A stretch of 64,000 nucleotides of DNA from Candidatus Omnitrophota bacterium (GTDB taxonomy: Bacteria > Omnitrophota > Gorgyraeia > Zapsychrales > JBAZNR01): positions 1,039,497 through 1,103,496 of the forward strand of contig JBAZNR010000001.1 in NCBI GenBank assembly GCA_041649175.1. Direction: 5' to 3'. Positions within the stretch are counted from its first letter, which is position 1. Each line of letters begins with the position of its first letter. The notes below the pieces were generated by a model. That model was not told where the DNA came from and did no database searches. It saw only the letters and a program-made list of their open reading frames with translations. Both the position numbers and the translations under genes were made by a program. Positions 20,700-31,340 of the stretch are shown here, in pieces.

Positions 20700-21323
20700 A
20701 TGTTCTATCACGAAAACAAAGCTAAAGAAAACGGGTTTGAGTTTATCGTTGGTATTGACGAAGCCGGGCGAGGCCCTCTGGCCGGTCCGGTCGTAGCTGC
20801 CGCTGTTCTTCTAAAAACACAAGAATTCCAAAATAAAATTCGCGATTCAAAGAAATTAAGCGCTTCTCAGCGTGAAAAGGCATTTGTGGAAATTCGCAAT
20901 AATGCCTACGTTGGTGTGGGGATCCTTAACGAGGGGATCGTTGATTCGCTTAATATCTTGCGCGCGTCTCATCAGGCCATGTCGATCGCTGTTTCCCAGC
21001 TTATTGAAAAACTGCCGAAAACCGAAACCTTACGAAAAGACTTTGAGCAAAAGGTTTTTCTCTTGATAGACGGAAATTCTTTTGATTCGGATCTGCCTTA
21101 TGCGTACCAGCCGATCGTCGGCGGAGATAGTTTGAGCTGCTCGATCGCCGCGGCTTCTATTATTGCCAAAGTCACCCGAGACAGGATCTTGAATATTTAT
21201 GACCGCATTTTTCCTCAATATGGATTTAAAAAGCATAAAGGTTATCCGACTCAGGCTCATCGGCTGGCAATCCAGCAATTTGGGCTATCTAGAATTCATC
21301 GAAAAACATTTAAACATTTATAA
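20700..21323 (+). CDS. rnhB: Ribonuclease HII
   Basis: VGIDEAGRGPLAGPVVAAAV is the RNase HII catalytic N-terminus. Length is 207 aa. Confidence 0.92.
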   Translation: MFYHENKAKENGFEFIVGIDEAGRGPLAGPVVAAAVLLKTQEFQNKIRDSKKLSASQREKAFVEIRNNAYVGVGILNEGIVDSLNILRASHQAMSIAVSQLIEKLPKTETLRKDFEQKVFLLIDGNSFDSDLPYAYQPIVGGDSLSCSIAAASIIAKVTRDRILNIYDRIFPQYGFKKHKGYPTQAHRLAIQQFGLSRIHRKTFKHL

Positions 21324-21707
21324 ATGAGTTTTCAAACGATTGCCCGAGGACGTTACGGGGAAGATGTTGCCGCTCAATTCTTGGTCAAAAGCGGCTATCG
21401 TATTTTAGAAAAAAACTTTAAAACACGACTAGGGGAAATTGATATTATTGCCAAAGACGGGCGAACCATCTGTTTTGTGGAAGTGAAAATGCGGCGAACA
21501 AAGCAACAAGGTTCGCCCTTAGAAGCCGTTACAAAGAAAAAACAGCTGAAACTTTCGCGTTTGGCGCTCATTTATCTTAAAAATAAAGATATGATGGACC
21601 AACAAGCACGTTTTGACGTGGTGGCGGTTTCTAAAAACCAAAATGGGGACGATGAGCTTACCTTAGTTAAAGATGCTTTTGAGCTGTCCGGCGGTTATTC
21701 TTACTAG
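21324..21707 (+). CDS. yraN: UPF0102/YraN-family endonuclease
   Basis: 127 aa with a G.YGE...FLV..GY.IL..N.....GEIDII....T..FVEVK pattern. The rnhB-yraN pairing is conserved. Confidence 0.85.
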   Translation: MSFQTIARGRYGEDVAAQFLVKSGYRILEKNFKTRLGEIDIIAKDGRTICFVEVKMRRTKQQGSPLEAVTKKKQLKLSRLALIYLKNKDMMDQQARFDVVAVSKNQNGDDELTLVKDAFELSGGYSY

Positions 21708-21738
21708 CGAAATTTGGGTAAAAAAATGTAAGAAGATG

Positions 21739-21767
21739 TTGAAAAATATTTTTCTTAAGGTTATGAT
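21739..21767 (+). promoter_or_regulatory. Putative sigma70 promoter for the FTCD_C-folD operon
   Basis: TTGAAA at 21739-21744, a 17-nt spacer, then TATGAT at 21762-21767. Confidence 0.5.
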
Positions 21768-21867
21768 TAATCGTAGGTTAGATACTGTTGTTGCCTAAAA
21801 ATAAGTTTTAAAACCAATCCTTCCGGAAAATTTAAAGGTTAAGTTCTCATCTTTTAGTTTACCTTTC

Positions 21868-22353
21868 ATGAAAAAGTTCAAAAATCACACACTGCAAGAG
21901 TATCTAAAACAGCTTTCCTTAAAGGTTCCTGTTCCGGGCGGCGGTTCGGCTGCTGCGCTCGTCGGCTCATTAGGGGCGGCGCTTATCTCGATGGTAGCGA
22001 ATTACTCTATCGGAAGAAACAAGCCCAAAGACGTTGAACGTAAGATCAAGGATATTTTGAAAAAGAGCGAATCTATTCGCTTACGATTGATGGAATTAGT
22101 TGACCTAGATGCGCAGGCGTATTTAAAGGTTGTGAAAACCCGTCATGCGAGCCCTCAAATTAAAAAAGCCGCTCTTAAGAAAGCCGCGGGGGTTCCGGCT
22201 GAAGTTTGCCGTTTATGTTATGAGGCGATTTTGCTCACGCCATTTTTAGTGGAAAAAGGCAATCGTTATTTAGTCAGCGACATCCAAGTTGCCACCGAAA
22301 TGCTCTTGGCCGCTTTTAATTCCGCCATTATCAATGTTGAGGTCAATCAATGA
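21868..22353 (+). CDS. Cyclodeaminase/cyclohydrolase-family protein (FTCD C-terminal domain-like; putative methenyl-THF cyclohydrolase / formimino-THF cyclodeaminase)
   Basis: PVPGGGSAAALVGSLGAALISMVANYS matches the FTCD_C signature. It is directly followed by folD, with which it overlaps. Confidence 0.8.
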   Translation: MKKFKNHTLQEYLKQLSLKVPVPGGGSAAALVGSLGAALISMVANYSIGRNKPKDVERKIKDILKKSESIRLRLMELVDLDAQAYLKVVKTRHASPQIKKAALKKAAGVPAEVCRLCYEAILLTPFLVEKGNRYLVSDIQVATEMLLAAFNSAIINVEVNQ

Positions 22354-23213
22354 GCGCCAAGCTTTTAGACGGAAAGCTTCTCGCCGCCAACTTAAAGCAA
22401 TCGTTAAAACAGGAAATTGAAACGCTCAAAAAAAAGACAGGAACAGCGCCTTGTATCGCTAATATCCTTTTGACGGATGATCCGGCTTCTTTAGCGTATG
22501 CCAATTCTCAGAAGAATGCGGCTGAATCCGTCGGTATTCAATATCGGATGATCAATGTTGCCGCCAATTCTTCCCAAAAAGAATTAGAAATTCAGATACA
22601 AAAACTTAATCAGGATAAAGCGATCCACGGGATCATGCTTCATAAGCCTGTTCCTGCGCAGATCAATTATTCAGCGGCTGTTAATGGCATTGATCCCGTT
22701 AAAGATGTTGAAGGGATGGGTGTTGCCAATATCGGAAAATTAGTTTTAGGGACAACGAAGATCATCCCGTGTACGGCGGCCGCGGCCATGGAGCATATCC
22801 GCTCAACGGGCGTTGCTTTACGCGGCAAGGAAGCCGTTATCGTCGGGCGAAGTGAGATTGTTGGCAAACCGCTAAGTTTATTATTACTGGCTGAATCGGC
22901 GACCGTTACCATTTGCCATACCGGAACGAGCCAGGCCGGCACATTAGAAGCCCATGTAAAACGAGCTGACATTGTTGTAGCGGCTGTCGGAAAGCCGGGA
23001 TTTGTTAAAGGCGAATGGATCAAAAAAGGTGCTATCGTTATCGATGTCGGCATTAATAAGATTGACGGAAAAATAGTAGGCGATGTTGAATTTGAAGCGG
23101 CTGCTGGGAAGGCTGCGTTCATTACGCCTGTTCCCGGAGGCGTTGGGCCTGTAACCGCGGTGATCATCATGAAAAATACTTTAGAGGCTTTTAAAGCTCA
23201 AATGGGAATTTAA
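22350..23213 (+). CDS. folD: Bifunctional 5,10-methylene-THF dehydrogenase / methenyl-THF cyclohydrolase
   Basis: 287 aa with THF-DHG_CYH domain architecture (GRSEIVGKP, PGGVGP). Confidence 0.92.
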   Translation: MSAKLLDGKLLAANLKQSLKQEIETLKKKTGTAPCIANILLTDDPASLAYANSQKNAAESVGIQYRMINVAANSSQKELEIQIQKLNQDKAIHGIMLHKPVPAQINYSAAVNGIDPVKDVEGMGVANIGKLVLGTTKIIPCTAAAAMEHIRSTGVALRGKEAVIVGRSEIVGKPLSLLLLAESATVTICHTGTSQAGTLEAHVKRADIVVAAVGKPGFVKGEWIKKGAIVIDVGINKIDGKIVGDVEFEAAAGKAAFITPVPGGVGPVTAVIIMKNTLEAFKAQMGI

Positions 23214-24496
23214 TGGCAGAAATAAAAAAAATCCTTATTTTAGGGCAGTCGGTAGCCGGTGCGGCGTTCATTGAACGATTAAGAGCGGTGGATACCGAAA
23301 GCTCCGTTACGGTTATTTCGTCCGGAAACTCTTTAGCGGCGAAGCGCGAATTGTTTGCGGCATTTTTGGCTAAGGAGATCAAGGAAGACCAGGTACTTTT
23401 TAAAGCGAAGAATTTTTACGAGCAGAATAAGGTTCAGCTTGTCTTCGGGAAAAAAGTGATCCGCGTTGATTTTAAGCGTAAGCGTGTTGTTACGGAAGAA
23501 AAAGAGCAATTTGACTTTGATATCCTGATCATAGCGGATCTCGGAATTCGCTTTCCGGAAATTAAGGGAGTGAATAAAGCGGGTGTTTTTAGTTTACGCA
23601 ATCTCGATGCTGTTAAGGATGTGGTCGATCTGTTACCACTGGTCGAATCGGTAGCTATCGAGGATGATAGTATCTGGGCAGTTCAAACTGCTTTAGCTTT
23701 CGCGAAAAGGGGCAAAGAAGTTATTTTTGTCGTTTCTTCCAATGATATTCTCGCGTCTATGGTCGAGGAGGAGGCTTCGCGGGTTTTAGCTCAGCAATTA
23801 GAGAAAAATAATGTCAGGATCATTAAAGAAAATAAAATTCAGGAGATCTTAGGAGAAGGTGAAGTAAAAGCCGTTCGCCTTAAAACCGGAAAAGTCTTGG
23901 CTTGCCAGATCGCTATTATCGGAAATACAAAAACAGATCTGCGTTTGTTTGCCGAGTCAGTGTTGCAAATCCAAAATGGAATTTTAACTAATGGTGAGTT
24001 CCAAACAAATCTGGAAAATGTTTTTGCGGCAGATACGGTTTGTGAATCTGAGGCATCGGCATTGCCCTTGGAGGAGCAGGGGCGTATGATCGCGCAAAAA
24101 ATAAGCGATCAGGAAATATCGGCCAAGCCGTTATTAAGAACAGAGGTATTTGACCTTTTGGGATGTCCGGTTGCCTTTATTGGAACGACACGGTCATCAG
24201 CGGACACGCAGAAATTTACGGTTCACAATGAAGCGATGGGAAGCTTTGCCCAAATATTTTCTTCGCAAAATATTTTAGTCGGAGCAGTTTTGATCAACAC
24301 AGCCTTATCTCAAGAAAAAATTGTCCGCTTGATCCAGGAAAAAATCGATATTTCCGGATCGGAAGAACAGATCTTTAATGATCAGAATAGTTATGAACAC
24401 ATTGTTAGCTTGTCACAGGAAAAACGCGCTTGCGCGCAGCCTGAACAGGAAACTTTTGCTGCTACCCAAACCGATCAAAAACCAGAAAGCCTATGA
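23213..24496 (+). CDS. Pyridine nucleotide-disulfide oxidoreductase-fold protein with degenerate dinucleotide-binding motifs (probable pseudo-enzyme), translationally coupled to folD
   Basis: Overall similarity to NADH oxidase / nitrite reductase FAD-NAD folds. The first motif GxGxxG reads GQSVAG, and the second motif has EDD in place of GGG (VAIEDDSIWAV). The start is coupled through TAATG at 23211-23215. Confidence 0.6.
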   Translation: MAEIKKILILGQSVAGAAFIERLRAVDTESSVTVISSGNSLAAKRELFAAFLAKEIKEDQVLFKAKNFYEQNKVQLVFGKKVIRVDFKRKRVVTEEKEQFDFDILIIADLGIRFPEIKGVNKAGVFSLRNLDAVKDVVDLLPLVESVAIEDDSIWAVQTALAFAKRGKEVIFVVSSNDILASMVEEEASRVLAQQLEKNNVRIIKENKIQEILGEGEVKAVRLKTGKVLACQIAIIGNTKTDLRLFAESVLQIQNGILTNGEFQTNLENVFAADTVCESEASALPLEEQGRMIAQKISDQEISAKPLLRTEVFDLLGCPVAFIGTTRSSADTQKFTVHNEAMGSFAQIFSSQNILVGAVLINTALSQEKIVRLIQEKIDISGSEEQIFNDQNSYEHIVSLSQEKRACAQPEQETFAATQTDQKPESL

Positions 24497-25386
24497 AAAT
24501 TTTACTTGCCAAACAGCCCTTTGTATATTATCTTCACTACCAGAAGGAGTTTGCAACAATTACTCGAATCTTCAAGTCATTCCTCATCTTCTTCTTTGTG
24601 TTTTTTGCCTTTCAGTCTGTTGTCTTTGCGGGATCCAAGGAAAGCTCAGCTAGGGAATATCACCTCAAAGGCTACGAAGCTCAGCAAAAAGGTAATCTGC
24701 AAGATGCCTTATCTTTTTATATTAAGGCTGCTTCTTTAAGTGAAGAAAATCCTGCTATCCTCAATGATGTCGCGATTTGTTATGAAAAATTGGGGATGCC
24801 TGAGAAAGCCGAAGAAAATTACTTAAGGGCTATTGCGGTTGATCCGGATTATTTGCCGGCTTATTCGAATTTAGCGTACTTTTATGCCAGGCAAGACAAT
24901 ATTCCTCGGGCCATAGAATTTTTTAAACAGCGTATTGAGCTGGGCGATGCGGATGACCCTTGGACGCAAAGGGCCAAAGACGATCTGTTGTCGGTCGGGG
25001 AAGATTTTCCCGTCGTAAAAAAGTGGTTATTGCAGCAAGAGGCAGTCGAACTAAGCCAAAAGCTCATTGAAAAGTCACGGAAAGATTTCTATAACAATGT
25101 TGAACAATCCCAGAAATGTGTTCAAGCGGCTCAAAAGCTTGAGCTGAAAAAGAAATACAGGGAAGCAGTTGAACAGTACAATAAGGCGCTCTCATTTACT
25201 CCGGAAAATCCCAAAATTATTAAAGCAAAGAAGCGGGCCATGCTTCGCATGGCCCAGGAAGAGATTGCGCAGCACTACGGCCTAGCCATGAAATCATTAG
25301 ATATGGGAGATACGGCTTCCGCCCTTGTTGAATTTCGTTATATACTCACCTTGATCCCGAACGAACCTGTTCAAGTATCTGAATAA
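24493..25386 (+). CDS. TPR-repeat protein with an N-terminal signal/TM segment
   Basis: Hydrophobic N-terminus followed by several 34-aa TPR-like repeats (AxxYxxLG motifs). The ATGA overlap with the upstream gene indicates coupling. Confidence 0.7.
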   Translation: MKILLAKQPFVYYLHYQKEFATITRIFKSFLIFFFVFFAFQSVVFAGSKESSAREYHLKGYEAQQKGNLQDALSFYIKAASLSEENPAILNDVAICYEKLGMPEKAEENYLRAIAVDPDYLPAYSNLAYFYARQDNIPRAIEFFKQRIELGDADDPWTQRAKDDLLSVGEDFPVVKKWLLQQEAVELSQKLIEKSRKDFYNNVEQSQKCVQAAQKLELKKKYREAVEQYNKALSFTPENPKIIKAKKRAMLRMAQEEIAQHYGLAMKSLDMGDTASALVEFRYILTLIPNEPVQVSE

Positions 25387-25428
25387 ATCAATCAATGGGC
25401 CTGACCAATATTCCTTAAGACTTAAAAC

Positions 25429-28008
25429 ATGCCGAATTCTAAATTATTCCTGATCGATGCCCACGGTTTATGCTACCGAGCGTATTTTGCTGTTAAAAAT
25501 TTATCAACTAGCTATGGCCAAGCGACTAATGCCGTCTTTGGGTTCACCAATATTCTAAAGAAGATCTTGCGTCAGCATAAGCCGGAATATATGGCTGTAT
25601 GTTTTGATGTCGGTAAAAAAACACATCGTCAGGAAAAATTTGCGGAGTATAAAATTCATCGGCCAGCCATGCCGGATAGCTTAATCAGCCAGATACCGAT
25701 CATTAAAGATCTTGTTTCCGCTTTCAACCTCCCGATGTTTGAGCTTGAAGGTTTTGAAGCCGATGACCTTATCGCGACGATCACCGAAAAGGTTAAAAAG
25801 GACAATCTAGACATTGTGATCGTGAGTGGTGATAAAGATATGATCCAGCTGGCAGAAAAAAACGTGAAGATCTTTAATGTCCGTAAAGACGAAGTCAGCA
25901 GTTATGAAGAATTAAAAGATGCTTTTGGCATTGATCCCGAAAAAATCGTCGACTACATTGCCTTGGCCGGTGATCAAAGCGACAATATTCCCGGTGTTGT
26001 CGGGATCGGCGAAGTGACGGCGCGGCAATTGATCAATCAGTTCGGCAGCTTAGAGGATATCTTAGCGAACGTGGACAGAATTGAATCATCAAAAGTTAAA
26101 GAAAAGCTTATGGCGCAAAGAGAGCAGGCGGTCTTTAGTAAAGAATTAGCGATGCTTGACCGCAAGGTTCCTATTCGGTTCGATCTTAAGTCTTTGAAAG
26201 TGCCCGAGCCTGACACGCGCAAGCTTTTTGAACTTTTTCAAAAATTAGAATTTAGAAAGTTTGCCGAAGAAATTTCCGGAGAAGTTTTGACAACGGGGAA
26301 AGAAGAAAAGGCCGCCAAGCCCAAAAATCTGGCAAGCTCTAGCGATTTTGAGAATTTTTATTCAAAGGCTCAAAAAAAAGGTGATATCGTCTTTCTTTTA
26401 GACCGCCCCGAAGAATCTCAGGATATTTTGTTTCCCGGTTTAATGGCCGCCATTGGTAAAGAGTTATTCTTTATTTCGGAAGATAAAATTGGTGAAGCGA
26501 AGGCTGTTTTTGAAAGTCCGGATATTGTTAAAATTACTCATGATGTCAAAGAGGCTATGAAGTTTTTATCCAGGCACGATATTTCTATCCATGGCGAGAT
26601 CTTTGATTGTATGCTGGCCGGATATTTATTAGCTCCGGCGCAAACCTCGTTTGATATCGCAACGCTATCGTGGAATTATCTTAAAACGACCATTTCTTCC
26701 GATGGGAATTTGGCAAAGAAAACAGAAGCTATTTTAAAGATATTTCCGGTCTTAAAAGAAGAATTGGTATCAAAATCGCTTTTAAAATTATTTCAAGAGA
26801 TCGAAATTCCTTTGGCGTATGTTTTGTTTAAGATGGAAGAGCAGGGTGTGTGCATTGACGAAGCCTTATTAGGTGAGCTTTCCAAAGATGGTGATGCCAA
26901 GATCCAGGAATTAACGGTCAAGTTGTTTGAAATGGCCGGGGTAGAATTTAATTTAAATTCTCCTAAGCAGTTAGCTCAGATCCTCTTTGAGAAATTAAAA
27001 TTACCCGTTGTTAAGAAAACAAAAACAGGATTTTCAACCGATGAAGGTGTTTTGGCGAAATTAGCCGAAAAACATCCGCTTCCGGCGCTTATTTTAGAAT
27101 ACCGTCAATTAGCAAAATTAAAGTCAACCTATATTGACGCTTTGCCAAAATTGATCAACCGCAAAACCGGACGTGTTCATGCTTCGTTTAATCAGGCCGG
27201 GACAGAAACAGGGCGATTAAGCTCCAATAATCCGAATTTGCAAAATATCCCTATTCGCACAGAGCTAGGGCGAAAGATCCGTAAAGCTTTTGTGGCATCT
27301 CAAAAAGACCGCATCATTGTTTCGGCCGATTATTCGCAGATCGAATTAAGGATCTTAGCTCATCTTTCTCAGGATAAAAATCTTTTTAAGGCATTTAAAA
27401 GCGATCAGGATATCCACGCTTATACCGCGGCGCTTATTTTTGACGTGAAAGAATCTGCAGTCACCTCTGAGATGCGCAATACCGCCAAGAGGGTTAATTT
27501 TGGGATCATTTACGGAATCAGCGCGTTTGGCTTAGCCAAAGACTTAAAAATTTCTCAAACACAGGCGCAGGATTTTATTGATAAGTATTTCGACCGTTAT
27601 CCGGCTGTTAAGCAATTTATGGATGACGAAATAAAGAAGTGTGAGAAAAATGGGTTTGTCCTGACTTTGCTTAATCGGCGCCGGTATTTGCCGGAAATTC
27701 ACAGCGATAATGCCAATATCAAGCAATTTGCTCAGAGACAGGCGATCAATACACCGGTTCAAGGTTCGGCGGCGGATCTGCTCAAGCTTGCCATGATCAA
27801 TATTCAAAATGAGCTTGAAAAGAATTGTTCGGAGTCAAAAATGATCATTACGGTCCACGACGAGCTTGTCTTTGATGTTGTCGAAAAAGAGCGCGAAGCG
27901 TTGACGGTGATGATCAGAGATAAAATGGAACATGCCTTATCGTTGTCTGTTCCTTTAAAGGCAAGCGTTAAGATCGGACGAAACTGGTTGGACATGCAAG
28001 AAATATGA
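25429..28008 (+). CDS. polA: DNA polymerase I
   Basis: 859 aa with an N-terminal 5'-3' exonuclease region (GDxSDNIPGV) and C-terminal polymerase A motifs (RRxAKxxNFGxxYG, HDEL). Confidence 0.93.
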   Translation: MPNSKLFLIDAHGLCYRAYFAVKNLSTSYGQATNAVFGFTNILKKILRQHKPEYMAVCFDVGKKTHRQEKFAEYKIHRPAMPDSLISQIPIIKDLVSAFNLPMFELEGFEADDLIATITEKVKKDNLDIVIVSGDKDMIQLAEKNVKIFNVRKDEVSSYEELKDAFGIDPEKIVDYIALAGDQSDNIPGVVGIGEVTARQLINQFGSLEDILANVDRIESSKVKEKLMAQREQAVFSKELAMLDRKVPIRFDLKSLKVPEPDTRKLFELFQKLEFRKFAEEISGEVLTTGKEEKAAKPKNLASSSDFENFYSKAQKKGDIVFLLDRPEESQDILFPGLMAAIGKELFFISEDKIGEAKAVFESPDIVKITHDVKEAMKFLSRHDISIHGEIFDCMLAGYLLAPAQTSFDIATLSWNYLKTTISSDGNLAKKTEAILKIFPVLKEELVSKSLLKLFQEIEIPLAYVLFKMEEQGVCIDEALLGELSKDGDAKIQELTVKLFEMAGVEFNLNSPKQLAQILFEKLKLPVVKKTKTGFSTDEGVLAKLAEKHPLPALILEYRQLAKLKSTYIDALPKLINRKTGRVHASFNQAGTETGRLSSNNPNLQNIPIRTELGRKIRKAFVASQKDRIIVSADYSQIELRILAHLSQDKNLFKAFKSDQDIHAYTAALIFDVKESAVTSEMRNTAKRVNFGIIYGISAFGLAKDLKISQTQAQDFIDKYFDRYPAVKQFMDDEIKKCEKNGFVLTLLNRRRYLPEIHSDNANIKQFAQRQAINTPVQGSAADLLKLAMINIQNELEKNCSESKMIITVHDELVFDVVEKEREALTVMIRDKMEHALSLSVPLKASVKIGRNWLDMQEI

Positions 28009-29417
28009 AAATACTTTTTTGTTCAGCGGAAGTGGCACCCTTTGCGCAAACGGGTGGGCTAGGAGAAGTTTGCGGAGCTTTGCCGTTGGCTTTGGAAAAG
28101 CGGGGAATTGATGTCAGCATCATTTTGCCTCGGTATCGATGCGTTGATGTAAAGAGATTTGCTATCGAGCGGCTCAATAAGGATATTTCAACGGCAACGA
28201 TCGGCAAAAATATCAAAGTTTACTTTATTGAGAACGACGCCCTTTATGACCGCGACGGAATTTACGGAGATAAGTGGGGCGATTATGTGGATAATTTAGA
28301 CCGTTTTTCTTATTTTTGTAAAGCGTCCTTGAACGCTGCCAAGCAACTTAATCTAAGGCCGGATGTTATTCATTGCCATGATTGGCAGGCGGCGCTTATC
28401 CCGGTTTATTTAAAATCAATTTACGCGAATGACGCGTTTTATAAGAAGACGAAATCTATTTTAACGATCCATAATTTGGCTTACCAGGGTATTTTTGATA
28501 AAGAGGAATTTGATTCGTTGGAACTTAATGAAAAATTATTCAGCATTGAAGGTTTTGAATTTTATGACTACATCAACCTTTTAAAAGGGGGAATTCTATT
28601 CAGCGACTTGGTGACCACTGTTAGCCAGCAATACGCCAAAGAAATTCAAACAGATGAATTTGGCTGTGGTTTAAACGGGGTTTTAGGCAGTCGTCCTTTT
28701 CCGGTTACCGGTATTTTAAACGGCATAGATTATGATGCCTGGAACCCGCAGACAGATTCTCTGATCGCTAAGCGCTATTCGGCCGCGACATGGGAAGACA
28801 AATATGCCAATAAGAGCAAAGTGCAGCAAGAATTCAAACTTAAGGTTGACCGCAATATTCCTTTATTTGGTTTTGTGGGTCGTCTTTCGGCGCAAAAAGG
28901 CATCGATCTTCTTTATAGGTCCATTGATGCTATTGCGAAATTTGATCTGCAGATCGTTTTCTTAGGCGTTGGCGAGGAAAAATACTACAAAATGCTGGAG
29001 AAGATGTCGGAAAAATATCCTCGAAAAATTTCCTCCGTTCTAAAGTTTGACGAAACACTTTCGCACAAGATCTATGCCGGAGCTGATATTTTCTTGATGC
29101 CTTCGGTCTATGAGCCTTGCGGATTAAGCCAGATGATCAGCCTTAAATACGGAACAATTCCTCTGGTTTTCAAAGCCGGCGGGTTAGCGGAGACGATCAT
29201 TCCTTTTGATCCGGTAAGCGGCCAGGGAAATGGTTTTGCTTTTGAGAGGTATGAAAAGGTTGATTTGGTAAAAACTGTTAAATTAGCCGTTGATACATAT
29301 CGTCAAGCGGATGTTTTTAAACGTTTGGTTCGAAAAGCTTTTGATTATGATTTCTCCTGGGGAAAATCCGCGGCAGAATATGAGAAGATCTATAAACAAT
29401 GCTCATCGTCGGTATAA
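28005..29417 (+). CDS. glgA: Glycogen synthase (GT5)
   Basis: N-terminus MKILFCSAEVAPFAQTGGLGEV (KxGGL motif). Length is 470 aa. Confidence 0.9.
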   Translation: MKILFCSAEVAPFAQTGGLGEVCGALPLALEKRGIDVSIILPRYRCVDVKRFAIERLNKDISTATIGKNIKVYFIENDALYDRDGIYGDKWGDYVDNLDRFSYFCKASLNAAKQLNLRPDVIHCHDWQAALIPVYLKSIYANDAFYKKTKSILTIHNLAYQGIFDKEEFDSLELNEKLFSIEGFEFYDYINLLKGGILFSDLVTTVSQQYAKEIQTDEFGCGLNGVLGSRPFPVTGILNGIDYDAWNPQTDSLIAKRYSAATWEDKYANKSKVQQEFKLKVDRNIPLFGFVGRLSAQKGIDLLYRSIDAIAKFDLQIVFLGVGEEKYYKMLEKMSEKYPRKISSVLKFDETLSHKIYAGADIFLMPSVYEPCGLSQMISLKYGTIPLVFKAGGLAETIIPFDPVSGQGNGFAFERYEKVDLVKTVKLAVDTYRQADVFKRLVRKAFDYDFSWGKSAAEYEKIYKQCSSSV

Positions 29418-30010
29418 CAGGAAGTTTGGCGACCGGAAAAACAACGGTTGCGAAAATGTTCAAAAGGTATGGCGCAAAAATTCTTGATGCCGACCAAATG
29501 GCGCATCAGGCCCTTGATTCAAACAGGCAATGTTTTCTTTCCATTGTAAGATATTTTGGGAAAGAAATCTTAGACGGCAAACGCATTGATCGAAAGAAGT
29601 TAGCGGATATTGTTTTTGAAGATCCTAAAAAGTTAAAAAAGCTTGTATCGATCATTCATCCGGTTGTTGTAAAAGAGATCAGAGCGCAAGTTACTCAATT
29701 AAAAAAAAGCAAGAAATCCGGCGTGCTTGTTTTAGATGTTCCGCTTTTGATCGAGGCTGGTTTACATAAATGGGTTGATTTTCTTATTGTGGTCAAAGCA
29801 GGACAAAAAAAGCAAGTTGAGCGGGCGGTTAAAGGAAAAAATATTGCCTCGCAGCAAGCCGTTCAAAGGATCAAATCTCAAATGCCGTTAAGCGAAAAGA
29901 TAAAATTAGCCGATATTGTTATTGATAACAATAAAAGTTTAACCGAGACAAGAAGGCAAGTTAGTGCGATCTGGGCAAGATTGCGCAAAAGCCAGACAAG
30001 TCAAAACTAA
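29399..30010 (+). CDS. coaE: Dephospho-CoA kinase
   Basis: The P-loop [12 protein letters not shown] begins right at the N-terminus. Length is 203 aa. Confidence 0.9.
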   Translation: MLIVGITGSLATGKTTVAKMFKRYGAKILDADQMAHQALDSNRQCFLSIVRYFGKEILDGKRIDRKKLADIVFEDPKKLKKLVSIIHPVVVKEIRAQVTQLKKSKKSGVLVLDVPLLIEAGLHKWVDFLIVVKAGQKKQVERAVKGKNIASQQAVQRIKSQMPLSEKIKLADIVIDNNKSLTETRRQVSAIWARLRKSQTSQN

Positions 30011-30024
30011 GGGGGAAACAAAGC

Positions 30025-31299
30025 ATGGAAGATAAGATAGTTGAGCAGTTGGACATTACGAAGCTTAAGGACATGAAAATGTCCGAGCTTAACAAAATAG
30101 CCAAAGACATGAATGTCAATGGCTTAAGCGGAATAAAGAAGCAGGATCTTATTTTTAAGATCCTGCAAGGCCAGGCCGAAAAAGAAGGATTGATGTTTGG
30201 CGAAGGGACTTTGGAAATCTTGCCTGAAGGGTTCGGGTTTTTGCGTAGTGCTAATTATAATTATCTGCCGTGCCCGGATGATATTTATATTTCTCCATCT
30301 CAGATCCGAAAGTTTGACTTGAAAACCGGCGATAGTGTCAGCGGCCAAATTCGTCCGCCCAAAGAAGGTGAAAAGTATTTTGCTCTTTTAAAGGTTGAAG
30401 CGGTCAATTTCGAAAATCCGGAAAAGTGCAAAGACAAGATCCTTTTCGACAATTTAACGCCGCTTTATCCCAATCAACGAATTCTTCTGGAAACGAACAA
30501 CGAAGAAATTTCAACGCGCGTTATGGATTTGCTTACCCCCTTAGGCAAAGGCCAGCGCGCTTTGATCGTTGCTCCTCCGTATAGCGGCAAAACGGTTCTG
30601 TTGCAAAAAATTGCCAACGCGATCACCACCAATCATCCGGATACTATTTTGCTCGTTCTTTTGATCGATGAGCGTCCCGAAGAGGTGACCGACATGCAGC
30701 GCGGTGTCAAAGGTGAAGTTATTTCTTCCACTTTTGATGAACCTGCCGAGCGTCATGTTCAAATTGCCGAAATTGTTCTGGAAAAAGCCAAACGCCTGGT
30801 GGAGCATAAGCGTGACGTGGTTATTTTGCTCGATAGCATTACTCGGTTGGCCCGCGCATATAATACGGTGGTTCCTCATAGCGGAAAGATCCTTTCCGGC
30901 GGTGTTGACTCCAACGCGCTTCATAAACCAAAAAGATTTTTTGGCGCCGCGCGCGGCGTGGAAGAGGGTGGGAGTTTGACGATCATTGCCACCGCTTTGG
31001 TTGATACCGGAAGCCGTATGGATGAAGTTATTTTTGAGGAATTCAAAGGAACCGGTAATATGGAATTGCAGCTCGATCGGTCGCTTTTTCAGCGCCGCAT
31101 CTATCCGGCTATTGATATTCGCCGTTCCAATACCCGCCACGAAGAATTGTTGATCGAAAAGGATGAATTGCAAAGAATTTGGCTTTTACGCAAAGTCCTT
31201 AACGATCTTAATTCGGCCGAGGCGATGGAGCTTTTGATCGAAAAGCTCAGTAAGTCTAAATCGAACGCAGAGTTTTTAAAGAACATGAACAAAGGATAA
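30025..31299 (+). CDS. rho: Transcription termination factor Rho
   Basis: N-terminal RNA-binding domain ([14 protein letters not shown]) and RecA-like ATPase motifs (GKTVLLQ). Length is 424 aa. Confidence 0.93.
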   Translation: MEDKIVEQLDITKLKDMKMSELNKIAKDMNVNGLSGIKKQDLIFKILQGQAEKEGLMFGEGTLEILPEGFGFLRSANYNYLPCPDDIYISPSQIRKFDLKTGDSVSGQIRPPKEGEKYFALLKVEAVNFENPEKCKDKILFDNLTPLYPNQRILLETNNEEISTRVMDLLTPLGKGQRALIVAPPYSGKTVLLQKIANAITTNHPDTILLVLLIDERPEEVTDMQRGVKGEVISSTFDEPAERHVQIAEIVLEKAKRLVEHKRDVVILLDSITRLARAYNTVVPHSGKILSGGVDSNALHKPKRFFGAARGVEEGGSLTIIATALVDTGSRMDEVIFEEFKGTGNMELQLDRSLFQRRIYPAIDIRRSNTRHEELLIEKDELQRIWLLRKVLNDLNSAEAMELLIEKLSKSKSNAEFLKNMNKG

Positions 31300-31340
31300 T
31301 TGATCAATAATTTAATAAGACACAAAAGGAGAGAAGAGAA

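Noticed and set aside
21768-21867. ZTP (pfl) or THF riboswitch in the folD-operon leader
   Set aside because: The ~100-nt leader is AT-rich and lacks the GGGUCG / CCGGG / pseudoknot CCGACC elements of ZTP and the THF consensus. Only a plain promoter is called.
24378-24739. ORFs 24378-24653 and 24506-24739 overlapping the junction between the degenerate oxidoreductase gene and the TPR gene
   Set aside because: These are alternative frames of two overlapping, confidently called genes. They are Cys/Leu-rich, have no independent signals, and are treated as spurious.
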